From assembly GCA_026387085.1 (NCBI GenBank), contig JAPLMK010000091.1, positions 1 through 42,731 of the forward strand: a DNA stretch of 42,731 nucleotides. Direction: 5' to 3'. Position 1 is the first letter of the stretch. Each line of letters begins with the position of its first letter. Both the position numbers and the translations under genes were made by a program. Below the pieces are notes generated by a model that made no database searches, was not told the origin of the DNA, and worked only from the letters and a program-made list of their open reading frames with translations. Of the stretch, positions 1-9,813 are shown piece by piece. Source of the stretch: Candidatus Omnitrophota bacterium (lineage in GTDB: Bacteria > Ratteibacteria > UBA8468 > MWAK01).

Positions 1-1
1 A

Positions 2-1551
<1,550 letters not shown>

Positions 1552-1594
1552 TAAGTAAGTTCAAAATAACAAATTATTAAACAAAGGAGAGGTT

Positions 1595-1684
1595 ATGAAA
1601 AAGAATTTTTTCTGGATTGTGGTTGTGCTGCTTTACACCGTAGTCCTTGCCGGCTGTTCCGCCAGCTGGTCTATCGGCAAGTAA
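1595..1684 (+). CDS. 29-aa micro-lipoprotein (not in ORF track)
   Basis: MKKNFFWIVVVLLYTVVLAGCSASWSIGK*. SD AAGGAGAGG upstream, basic N-region, hydrophobic core, LAGC lipobox, TGtTATAAT at about 1543-1552. Confidence 0.75.
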   Translation: MKKNFFWIVVVLLYTVVLAGCSASWSIGK

Positions 1685-1701
1685 ATTTAACGCGGGAAAA
1701 A

Positions 1702-1998
1702 TTAAACTTCGTTAGCGGGGAAGTTAGGCCCGGGATTAAAAAACTCCCTGATATTGAACTGGCCGTGTTTAACCGAAGAGAAGACAAGGAAGGCAAGCAG
1801 GATCGCGGTCAAAGCAAAAAAGATTGATTTTACATCCGGCTTGGTATTCAACGCCGCAATTCCCAAGAAAATAAGCAGGACCGGCCAGAGCCGTGAAATT
1901 ATATCCCAGTTAAAATTCAGCGGGTAGAGGTTATCCAGAAAAAAAAGACCTCCGAGAAAAAGAAGGAAGAGGCCGAAGATAAGATGTTTGGGTTTCAT
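1702..1998 (-). CDS. LiaI/LiaF-like (DUF5668) membrane protein
   Basis: G.FLLFLG..FFLDNL...WPVLLIFLG transmembrane motif; overlaps the pspC stop (ATGA). Confidence 0.7.
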   Translation of the reverse strand: MKPKHLIFGLFLLFLGGLFFLDNLYPLNFNWDIISRLWPVLLIFLGIAALNTKPDVKSIFFALTAILLAFLVFSSVKHGQFNIREFFNPGPNFPANEV

Positions 1999-2426
1999 CT
2001 TTTACCTGATTTCCAGAGGATGGCCAGTCCAAAAATAATCAAAAGCAGGGGCCAGAATTTGTTAAGCCGGTAAACCGGCAGAAAATTCTCCGCCAGAAAA
2101 ATAACGCCCAATCCGATCAGGATGATACCGCCAAAAAAATTGTGTTTTTTCCGTGTTCCGGTTGACTCCTCTGTTTTTGACGGTTCGCTCACCATCTCTT
2201 CCTGGCCGCTTGGCGTAATAATTTCAACCGTACCCGCCTCTTTTTCCCTTACCGGCAGTACCAGCCAGAAAATAATATAGACCAGCAAACCGATACCGCT
2301 CAAGAAAAAAAGAACGACAAAGATAACCCGCACCAGAACCGGGTCAACATTAAAATATTCGGCCAGGCCGCCGCAAATTCCGGCGATGCGGCGTTCCGCG
2401 GGAGAACGGTAGAGGCGTTTTTCCAT
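1995..2426 (-). CDS. pspC: PspC domain protein with C-terminal DUF5668-like helices
   Basis: KRLYRS...IAGICGGLAEYFNVDPVLVR signature; start at ATG 2426. Confidence 0.85.
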   Translation of the reverse strand: MEKRLYRSPAERRIAGICGGLAEYFNVDPVLVRVIFVVLFFLSGIGLLVYIIFWLVLPVREKEAGTVEIITPSGQEEMVSEPSKTEESTGTRKKHNFFGGIILIGLGVIFLAENFLPVYRLNKFWPLLLIIFGLAILWKSGKR

Positions 2427-2432
2427 AATTAA

Positions 2433-2466
2433 TCTCACCCTAACTCTTCCCTCCCCTGGGAAGAAA
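2433..2466 (+). repeat. Degenerate CCCTCACC-type repeat, copy 3
   Basis: tctcaccctaactcttccctcccctgggaagaaag between the rubrerythrin stop and the pspC start. Confidence 0.5.
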
Positions 2467-2479
2467 GTACTTCCGGGGA

Positions 2480-3055
2480 TTAAAAATTTTCGGCGAGAAG
2501 CTCGTAATAAGCCTGCGGATGTTTGCAGGCGGGACATTCCTTGGGAGCTTGGGCGCCTTCAAAGACATAACCGCAATTGGAACAATGCCACTTTACCGGA
2601 ACTGATTTCTGAAAAACCTCGCTTTTTTCAATGTTGCTGATTAATTTACGGTAACGCGCTTCGTGAAACTTTTCCACTTTGGCGATTTCCGCGAAAGATT
2701 GCGCAACTTCCGGAAATCCCTCTTCCTTGGCAATCTTGCCGAAATCAGCGTAAAGCGTAGTCCATTCCAGTTTTTCGCCGGCCGCGGCCGCTTCTAAGTT
2801 TACCTTGGTATCTTCAATTATCCCGGCCGGATAGGTTGCGGTAATTTCAATATCGCCGCCTTCCAGATGTTTAAAGAATATCTTGGCGTGCTCTTTTTCG
2901 TTATTAGCCGTTTCAATTAATATGTTGGCTATCTGCTCGTATCCTTCCTTGCGCGCAACACCGGCAAAATAGGTATAACGATTACGCGCCTGGGATTCAC
3001 CGGCAAACGCCTTCAATAAATTCTTTTCCGTCTCCGTTCCTTTGAGTGATGCCAT
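2480..3055 (-). CDS. rbr: Rubrerythrin
   Basis: AFAGESQARNRY, ExxH di-iron motifs (EKEHA, EKFHE), C-terminal rubredoxin CSNC/CPAC. Confidence 0.95.
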   Translation of the reverse strand: MASLKGTETEKNLLKAFAGESQARNRYTYFAGVARKEGYEQIANILIETANNEKEHAKIFFKHLEGGDIEITATYPAGIIEDTKVNLEAAAAGEKLEWTTLYADFGKIAKEEGFPEVAQSFAEIAKVEKFHEARYRKLISNIEKSEVFQKSVPVKWHCSNCGYVFEGAQAPKECPACKHPQAYYELLAENF

Positions 3056-3097
3056 AAACGACCCCCTTTTATTTACAACGCCTGCTTATTTGATAAT

Positions 3098-3155
3098 ATT
3101 TTACCGTTATTCCGGCCGCATTGCAAGTATAATTAGCGATAAGGTATAATATAAT
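3098..3155. promoter_or_regulatory. Divergent sigma70-type promoters sharing a palindromic -35 (TTGCAA 3121-3126)
   Basis: Minus: TTGCAA-17-TAAAAT toward rbr. Plus: TTGCAA-18-TATAAT toward trpS. Confidence 0.55.
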
Positions 3156-3162
3156 ACTATAT

Positions 3163-4158
3163 ATGGAAGAAAAAATGAAGCGGGTTTTCAGCGGCATGCG
3201 GCCAACCGGGAAATTACACCTGGGACATCTGGCCGGCGCGCTTACCAACTGGATAAATCTCCAGGATAAGTACGAGTGTTTTTACGAAATGGCCGACCTG
3301 CACGCCCTGACAACCGATTACCAGAATCCGTTCGGCATCCGGGAAAACATTACCGAAATGCTCCTTGATTTCTTCGCCTTCGGCATAAACCCGAAAAAAG
3401 CAACCGTCTTTGTCCAGTCAAAAATACCGGAGATTTCCGAGCTTCACCTTTTACTGTCGATGTTTACACCGCTGGGCTGGCTGGAACGCTGCCCGACTTA
3501 CAAGGAACAGGTAACCCAGTTATCCGACAAGGATGTCACTAATTACGGCTTTCTGGGATACCCGGTCCTGATGACCGCCGACATCATCTCGGTAAAGGCG
3601 GAAAAAATACCGGTGGGCGAAGACCAAATCCCGCACCTGGAGCTGTCGCGGGAGATTGTCCGCCGTTTCAATCATCTTTACGGGCAACTTTTTCCGGAAC
3701 CGGAAGCAATCCTGACCACCACCCCGAAACTATTGGGAACCGACGGCCGGAAGATGAGCAAGTCGTACGGGAACGCCATCTTTCTCTCCGACACGCCGGA
3801 AGAGATCAAAAAAAAATTAGCGACGATGTTTACCGACCCTTTGCGGCCATACCGCAAGGACCCGGGGCATCCGGACGCCTGCCCGGTCTTCGGCATCAAT
3901 CTTCTCTATAATCAGGCAAACAGCCCGAGCATCAAAAATGAATGCCTGGCTGCAAAATTAGGTTGCACCGAATGTAAAAAAAACCTGACCGAGGTTCTGG
4001 TTCAATACATGGCTCCTTATCAAAAAGAGCGTGAAAAATTAGTAAAAAATACAGCGGGATTTGACCGGATTATCGAACAGGGAAACGAAAAAACCCGTCA
4101 GATAGTTTCCGAGGTTCTGTCGGAAGCAAAAAAGAAGATGGGACTTTATGGATATTAA
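3163..4158 (+). CDS. trpS: Tryptophan--tRNA ligase
   Basis: SGMRPTGKLHLGH (HIGH), YPVLMTADI, PVGEDQ, KMSKS. Confidence 0.97.
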   Translation: MEEKMKRVFSGMRPTGKLHLGHLAGALTNWINLQDKYECFYEMADLHALTTDYQNPFGIRENITEMLLDFFAFGINPKKATVFVQSKIPEISELHLLLSMFTPLGWLERCPTYKEQVTQLSDKDVTNYGFLGYPVLMTADIISVKAEKIPVGEDQIPHLELSREIVRRFNHLYGQLFPEPEAILTTTPKLLGTDGRKMSKSYGNAIFLSDTPEEIKKKLATMFTDPLRPYRKDPGHPDACPVFGINLLYNQANSPSIKNECLAAKLGCTECKKNLTEVLVQYMAPYQKEREKLVKNTAGFDRIIEQGNEKTRQIVSEVLSEAKKKMGLYGY

Positions 4159-5251
4159 AAACCTCGTCAAACAGCAGGTAAGGGGAATTTGCCCTTACCG
4201 CCCCGGAAAACCGATTGCGGTTCTCTTGAAGGAAAAAGGGTTGGAACGGGCATTCAAACTTGCCTCAAATGAAAACCCGCTGGGCTCTTCCCCGCTGGCG
4301 CTGAAAGCAATCAAAGAGGGCCTTTCCCAGCTCAACCGCTACCCGGAAGGCAGCGGGCCGGCCCTGCGCGAAAAACTGGCGAAGGTATACGGCATCAAGC
4401 CCGAAGAAATCATACTGGGCAACGGCAGCAGCGAGGTTTTATCCTTATCGCTATTAACCTTCCTGAACCCGGGGGAAGAAGTAATCCTGCCGGAACCGAC
4501 TTTTACTATTTATGAAATTTTAGTTTTGATGTGTTGCGGGATACCGGTAAAAGTGCCGCTTAACCCTGATTTCAGTTACAACCCGAACCGGATAGCAAAA
4601 GCCATTACCGGAAAGACCAAGTTCCTCTTTCTGGCCAGCCCCAATAATCCGACCGGCACAATCATCAAAAAAAATGAGTTGACCAAGCTTTTAGATGAAC
4701 TGCCGAAGCAGGTAATCGTCGTTCTGGATGAAGCATACGCCGAATACGTTGAGAGCCCTGATTTTGTAGACGGAATCTCCCTCTTCTCCGGAAAACACCT
4801 GCTCGTAGCCCGAACTTTCTCCAAATTATACGGCCTGGCCGGACTGCGCATCGGATACGGTATCGCCTCCGCCGGCATCATCGAAGAGATGAATAAAATC
4901 CGGCCCCCGTTCAATACCACTATCCCCAGCCAGCTTGCCGCATCCGCAGCCCTGGAGGACCGGGAATTTGTGGCCCGCAGTCTGGAGAACAACCGAACCG
5001 GTAAAAAATACCTGTACCGGGGTCTTTCCGATCTAAAAATCGCTTACGTTCCGACCGAAGCAAACTTTATCCTGATTGACCTGGCGAAAAACGCGCCGAA
5101 AATATGCGGTCGACTTGAAGATAAAGGCGTCATCGTCCGGCCGGTTGACAACCCGATGATGAAAGAAAGATATATCCGGCTCACCATCGGTACGCCGGAA
5201 GAGAACACTTTATTCTTGAAATCCTTGGCAGAGATATTACGATATAAATAA
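4148..5251 (+). CDS. hisC: Histidinol-phosphate aminotransferase
   Basis: KLASNENP, GNGSSE, SPNNPTG, DEAY, RTFSKLYGLAGLRIG. Confidence 0.95.
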   Translation: MDIKNLVKQQVRGICPYRPGKPIAVLLKEKGLERAFKLASNENPLGSSPLALKAIKEGLSQLNRYPEGSGPALREKLAKVYGIKPEEIILGNGSSEVLSLSLLTFLNPGEEVILPEPTFTIYEILVLMCCGIPVKVPLNPDFSYNPNRIAKAITGKTKFLFLASPNNPTGTIIKKNELTKLLDELPKQVIVVLDEAYAEYVESPDFVDGISLFSGKHLLVARTFSKLYGLAGLRIGYGIASAGIIEEMNKIRPPFNTTIPSQLAASAALEDREFVARSLENNRTGKKYLYRGLSDLKIAYVPTEANFILIDLAKNAPKICGRLEDKGVIVRPVDNPMMKERYIRLTIGTPEENTLFLKSLAEILRYK

Positions 5252-5255
5252 TATA

Positions 5256-5344
5256 ATTGCAAAATGCAAATTGCAGATTGCAAAATGAACAAATAGAAAA
5301 TCAATAATTTTGCATTTTACGCTTTGCATTTTGAAATTTGCAAT
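5256..5344 (+). repeat. Heptamer-periodic palindromic element, copy 1
   Basis: Arms of TGCAAAA/TGCAAAT and TTTTGCA units around core AAATGAAC..ATAG.AAATCAATAATTTT; matches 9710-9810 and, inverted, 23665-23766. Confidence 0.85.
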
Positions 5345-5402
5345 AAATACCCGAAAACCGTATTTGCGGTAATTAGCGTCCAGATAATAGATTTAAATTA
5401 TT

Positions 5403-6173
5403 ATGGGAAATACCGGGCTTGGCTTTGAATTTTACTGGCTTGACCTCCTGGATATCACGCTCCTTTCCGTCTTGTTTTATTATCTCTTCCTGATTATCCG
5501 GGGCACCAAAAGCGTCCAATTGCTGAAAGGTATGATTATTATTTTTCTGGCAACCTTTCTCTCGCGGATGCTGGACCTGCGCACCTTAAACTGGATCCTG
5601 GAAAAAGTTCTGGCCTTCGGCGCCCTGGCCCTCCTGGTTATCTTCCACCCGGAACTCCGGAACGCCCTGGTCAAGATCGGCGAAAGCGGCTCCTTCGAAA
5701 AAACCGCCGGTTTAAGCAAGGAAAAAGTAGACGAAATTGTCCGGGCAGTTTTTCAACTGGCCAAAGAGCGCCGCGGAGCGCTAATTGCGCTGGAAGGAAA
5801 GGTGGGACTGGCTGACTACGTTCCCTCCGGTAAAAAAATTGACGGGGAAATCAGCAAAGAATTGCTGCTCTCCATTTTCAACCCAACCAGTCCGTTGCAT
5901 GACGGCGCAGTCATTATTTCGCAAAACAAAATTCTGGCCGCCGGATGCATACTACCCCTCTCCGAAAAAATGACTTTCAACCCATTGGTAGGCACCAGGC
6001 ACCGGGCCGGCCTGGGTCTTTCCGAACAGACCGACAGCCTGGTCTTAATCGTCTCCGAAGAAAAAGGATTTATTTCTTGCGCCCGGAAAGGGATTATCTC
6101 CTACAACATCTCCGTGGAAGAGACAACCGTCATGTTGAATAAAGTGTTAGGAACCGCCGAAGAAAAACAATGA
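5403..6173 (+). CDS. cdaA: Diadenylate cyclase CdaA/DacA
   Basis: Three N-terminal TM helices, SPLHDGA and GTRHRAG DAC motifs. Confidence 0.95.
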   Translation: MGNTGLGFEFYWLDLLDITLLSVLFYYLFLIIRGTKSVQLLKGMIIIFLATFLSRMLDLRTLNWILEKVLAFGALALLVIFHPELRNALVKIGESGSFEKTAGLSKEKVDEIVRAVFQLAKERRGALIALEGKVGLADYVPSGKKIDGEISKELLLSIFNPTSPLHDGAVIISQNKILAAGCILPLSEKMTFNPLVGTRHRAGLGLSEQTDSLVLIVSEEKGFISCARKGIISYNISVEETTVMLNKVLGTAEEKQ

Positions 6174-6206
6174 ATAACGAAAAATTACCGATTAAACGGA
6201 CCGAAA

Positions 6207-6368
6207 ATGAAAATAAACAGGCAGCGTCTTAAGAATTTAATCAGGAACAACCTGGAGTTGAAAATTCTGGCGGTGGTAGTTGCCATACTGGTCTGGCTTT
6301 ACGTCTATCATGTCGAAATATATCTGCCGCAGACGAGAAACAAGGCAACCCATGAATCAAGGAGATAA
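6207..6368 (+). CDS. 53-aa CdaR(YbbR)-like TM-anchor-only protein (not in ORF track)
   Basis: [53 protein letters not shown]. Resembles the CdaR N-terminus and lies directly after cdaA. Confidence 0.65.
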   Translation: MKINRQRLKNLIRNNLELKILAVVVAILVWLYVYHVEIYLPQTRNKATHESRR

Positions 6369-7080
6369 ACTGAAATTAGGAATCAACATTGACCACGTTG
6401 CCACTTTAAGGCAACAGCGCCGCGGCAAAGAACCGGACCCAGTTTTAGCCGCATTGCTGGCCGAAACAGCCGGCGCCGACAGCATCGTTTGCCACCTGCG
6501 GGAAGACCGGCGTCACATCCAGGAGCAGGACCTCTCAAACTTGCGCCGCAACATCAAGACAAAACTCAACCTGGAAATGGCTGCCAGCCCCCGGATTATC
6601 AAAATCGCCTGTCAGGAAAAACCGGACTGGGTGACTCTGGTTCCGGAAAAAAGGTCTGAATTGACGACCGAAGGAGGTCTGGCCGTCAAAGAACAGGTAA
6701 ACCGCCTGAAAGATGTGGTCTCGGAATTCAAAAAGTTTAAGATACCGGTAAGCCTTTTTATTGACGCGGATACAAGCCAGATTAAAGCCGCTGTTAAAAC
6801 CGGCGCGGAAATCGTAGAACTCCATACCGGAAGATACGCCGACGCCGTAACTGAAAAAGAAAAAAGCTTTGAACTGAAGAAAATTATTGCCGGGTCCAGA
6901 ATAGCGAAAAATTTAGGTTTGAAGGTCGCGGCCGGACACGGCCTGGATTACCGCAACGTTCTGCCGATAACCCGGATACCGGAAATCGAAGAACTGAACA
7001 TCGGATATTCTATCATCGGCCGCGCTCTCTTCGTCGGCTTGGAAGAAGCGGTCCGGGAAATGATCAGATTAATCAGGTAA
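6352..7080 (+). CDS. pdxJ: Pyridoxine 5'-phosphate synthase
   Basis: [44 protein letters not shown]. Confidence 0.96.
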   Translation: MNQGDKLKLGINIDHVATLRQQRRGKEPDPVLAALLAETAGADSIVCHLREDRRHIQEQDLSNLRRNIKTKLNLEMAASPRIIKIACQEKPDWVTLVPEKRSELTTEGGLAVKEQVNRLKDVVSEFKKFKIPVSLFIDADTSQIKAAVKTGAEIVELHTGRYADAVTEKEKSFELKKIIAGSRIAKNLGLKVAAGHGLDYRNVLPITRIPEIEELNIGYSIIGRALFVGLEEAVREMIRLIR

Positions 7081-7086
7081 TTGCTT

Positions 7087-7162
7087 GTCGTTCCCGCAGA
7101 TAGTAAGCGGGAATCTAAACTTTATACTGTGTGGATTCCCGCCTAAAACATGCGGGAATGAC
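7087..7162. repeat. 76-bp ATTCCC/GGGAAT double-hairpin repeat, copy 1
   Basis: gtcgttcccgc..gcgggaatc...gattcccgc..gcgggaatgac; same length and layout as 30747-30822. Confidence 0.85.
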
Positions 7163-7183
7163 GGCGTAAATACGGAGGGAGAA

Positions 7184-7516
7184 ATGTTAACTGGACAGAA
7201 GGTGCGCTTAGTCTTATGGAGAACCGGCGCTGACGGTGACGGTTCTGTAATTGTAGTGCGGGGAATGGTAACCAGTGAGAGCGAAACGATTCTAAAAGTG
7301 GAAGGCCGGCTCTACCAGCAGGTTCCCGATGAATCCGGCGATACAATTGAACGGCCTATCGGCACCGAAAACAAGCCGCTTATAATTCCGCTGGCCACGG
7401 TACGATACGGTGAAGTAATTGAATCAGATTCCCCGGCCGAAGAATTAGACCGGAAGATTCGTCTCCTGAAGCCACTGGGCAAAGGGGAAATACGAAAAAT
7501 AGGGGGATTAACTTAA
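7184..7516 (+). CDS. Hypothetical 110-aa beta-rich protein
   Basis: GGAGG SD before ATG 7184; the track's N-terminal extension lies in the repeat. Confidence 0.7.
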   Translation: MLTGQKVRLVLWRTGADGDGSVIVVRGMVTSESETILKVEGRLYQQVPDESGDTIERPIGTENKPLIIPLATVRYGEVIESDSPAEELDRKIRLLKPLGKGEIRKIGGLT

Positions 7517-7560
7517 ACTACGATGCATAGTGAACAGTAACTAATAACCATATAAAAACT

Positions 7561-8322
7561 ATGGAACTGAACAATAAGATAGCCATCGTCACCGGTGCGG
7601 CGCAGGGTTTGGGCGCGCACCTGGCCCAGCGCCTGGCAAAAGAAGGCGTTTCTGTAGCGCTCTGGGATATCAGCGACGCGGTGCTGGAGACCGCAAAAAA
7701 GATCGCCGCGGAATTTCCGGGCCGGGCCTCCGGTTACGTCGTAAACGTCACTAAAGAGAAAGAGGTTGACGACACCGCGCGAGAGGTCGTAAAAAAATAC
7801 GGACGGCTGGATATTATGGTAGCAAACGCCGGAATCGTAAGGGCACACGAAATAACCGACTTTCCGCTAGCCGAATGGCAGCAGACCATTGAGGTTAATC
7901 TTACCGGATACTTTCTCTGCGCCCGGGCGGCGGCCCGGATAATGAAAGAACAAAAATCCGGCGCCATTATTGAAATCAATTCCAAGAGCGGCAAAAAAGG
8001 CAGTTATAAAAATTGCGCCTACGCGGCCAGTAAATTCGGCGGCATCGGCCTGACCCAGTCCATTGCCCTGGACCTGGCCCCATACTGCCCGGGAAACCTG
8101 CTGGACTCCCCCTTATGGGTAAACAGCCTCTTCGACCAGTACGCCAAAAAATGGGGAATCAGCAAAGAGGAAGTGCGCAAAAAATATATTGACCAGGTCC
8201 CGCTGAAAAGGTCCTGCGCCTACGAAGACGTCGCCAACGTGGTTGTTTTCCTGGCCGGAAACCAATCTTCATATATGACGGGGCAGGCAATAAACGTGAC
8301 GGGCGGGCAGGAGATGCGGTGA
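7561..8322 (+). CDS. SDR oxidoreductase, sorbitol-6-phosphate dehydrogenase (SrlD)-like, with an apparent short internal deletion
   Basis: TGAAQGLG, NAG, INSKSGKKG, YAASK, CPGNLLDS, TGQAINVTGG. The usual GIRVNAI strand between DLAPY and CPG is absent. Confidence 0.8.
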   Translation: MELNNKIAIVTGAAQGLGAHLAQRLAKEGVSVALWDISDAVLETAKKIAAEFPGRASGYVVNVTKEKEVDDTAREVVKKYGRLDIMVANAGIVRAHEITDFPLAEWQQTIEVNLTGYFLCARAAARIMKEQKSGAIIEINSKSGKKGSYKNCAYAASKFGGIGLTQSIALDLAPYCPGNLLDSPLWVNSLFDQYAKKWGISKEEVRKKYIDQVPLKRSCAYEDVANVVVFLAGNQSSYMTGQAINVTGGQEMR

Positions 8323-8323
8323 C

Positions 8324-8496
8324 GCGAGGTTGTCTGTTTCGTAAAACGAGCTACGCGCCAGGCAAAAACTACGCAATTCAGGAACGAGCCTCGCCGTGTT
8401 CTCACCCACAAATCGGGCGAGCCCCGGCCACTCATTCCTTCATTTTGCTTGTTTTGCACCGTTGCTGCGCAAGTTTTACGAAACAGACAACCTCGC
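8324..8496. mobile_element. 173-bp MITE-like element with perfect 24-bp terminal inverted repeats
   Basis: gcgaggttgtctgtttcgtaaaac (8324-8347) / gttttacgaaacagacaacctcgc (8473-8496); right end and flank re-duplicated at about 8543-8569. Confidence 0.7.
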
Positions 8497-8583
8497 TTGA
8501 TAAAGTTAAAACAAACGACACTACGCGAAGTATATCAAAAGAGACAAACCTCGCTTGATAAAGTTAAAAATAAAGAGGAAAAA

Positions 8584-9699
8584 ATGAAAGTTACCAACGG
8601 AAATTTGGGGAAGCTGGAAAAGGAATACGCCGGGTATCTGGAAGGCGACACGGTCAGCCGGTTTTTCCATGATTTTGGAATCAAGTTCGCGGCCGGGCAC
8701 TGGTGCGCCGGAGACTTTCTGGACCGGTTTACCGGAGGCGGGTACAACCCGAACTTAAAGTCGGACATAGTCAGCCAGCTGAAAAGAATTAAAGCCGCCG
8801 GGATTGACGGCGTGGAATTCCACGAAAATATCTTCATCGATGAAAAAAGAAAAAAGATCAGCCGCCGGATAGCCGAAGTTAAGAAAACGCTGAAAGAATT
8901 AAAGATGACCCCAACTAACATGAACACCAACCTCTGGACCGATCCGTACTGGAAATTAGGCGGCTTGACCAACCCGGATAAAGCAATCCGGAAGGAAGCC
9001 CTGACTATCGCTTTCCAGGGCGCGGAAATTGCCGCGGAACTCGGCTGCGAATCAATCGCGCTCTGGCCCGGCGCCGATGGATGGGACTATAACTTTGAAG
9101 CAAACTACGGCACCCTGCTCTCCCGATTCGTGGAAGGATGCGTGTCAATTAACCGGAAAGCAAAATCGCTGGGCCTGCGGTTTGGAATCGAAGCCAAACC
9201 GAAAGAACCGCGGGAGGGCCATATGATTATTCCGAACACTCATTGCGCCATCCTGATGGCTAAAAAAGTAAACGAAGCCGCTCAAGGCAGCAACATGGGC
9301 GTAGCAGTTGATTACGGTCACGAGATGATGGCCGGCATTGAACCGGCGTTCAGCCTCTATCTCGCCCGGGAATTTAACGTACCGGTGATCAACTTCCACG
9401 TCAACGCCGCCAAATGGCGTTCCAACGATGAAGACCGGATTGCCGGCACATCAAACCTGTGGGAACTGGTTGACTTTTGTTACGCGGCCCTGGATACCAA
9501 CTACCAGGGCTGGTTCGGCGAAGACCAGTTCACCTACCGGATAGACCCGGTTCAGGCAATGTCCTTATCCCGGGAATTCTTCGCCAACACCATGAAAAAA
9601 GCGCTCCTGATCTGGAAAAACCGGAAAAAATTACTTGCGGCGCAGGAAACCGGAAACGCCGGCGCTACTCTGGAAGTGGTTAAAAAGGTAATGTTTTAA
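8584..9699 (+). CDS. Xylose-isomerase-fold (TIM barrel) sugar isomerase, substrate unknown
   Basis: W.GADG, EAKPKEPR, DYGHE, H.N, DEDR, EDQF metal and substrate motifs; SD GAGG before ATG 8584. Confidence 0.8.
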   Translation: MKVTNGNLGKLEKEYAGYLEGDTVSRFFHDFGIKFAAGHWCAGDFLDRFTGGGYNPNLKSDIVSQLKRIKAAGIDGVEFHENIFIDEKRKKISRRIAEVKKTLKELKMTPTNMNTNLWTDPYWKLGGLTNPDKAIRKEALTIAFQGAEIAAELGCESIALWPGADGWDYNFEANYGTLLSRFVEGCVSINRKAKSLGLRFGIEAKPKEPREGHMIIPNTHCAILMAKKVNEAAQGSNMGVAVDYGHEMMAGIEPAFSLYLAREFNVPVINFHVNAAKWRSNDEDRIAGTSNLWELVDFCYAALDTNYQGWFGEDQFTYRIDPVQAMSLSREFFANTMKKALLIWKNRKKLLAAQETGNAGATLEVVKKVMF

Positions 9700-9709
9700 T
9701 ACTCGATTT

Positions 9710-9810
9710 ATTGCAGAATGCAAATTGTAAATTTCAAATTGCAGAATGAACGGATAGGAAATCAATAATTTTACATTTTACACTTTGCATTTTGACTTTT
9801 GCATTGTAAT
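9710..9810 (+). repeat. Heptamer-periodic palindromic element, copy 2
   Basis: Nearly identical to the reverse complement of 23665-23766. Confidence 0.85.
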
Positions 9811-9813
9811 TAT

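Noticed and set aside
5256-5344. Heptamer, nonamer and 8491-8569 direct repeats as CRISPR arrays
   Set aside because: No constant repeat with unique, equal-length spacers, and no cas genes.
8319-8583. ORF 8319-8558 and the N-terminal extensions of ORFs starting at 8449, 7085, 18921, 23744, 9799 and 26952
   Set aside because: They read through repeats or MITEs; better downstream starts match the family N-termini.
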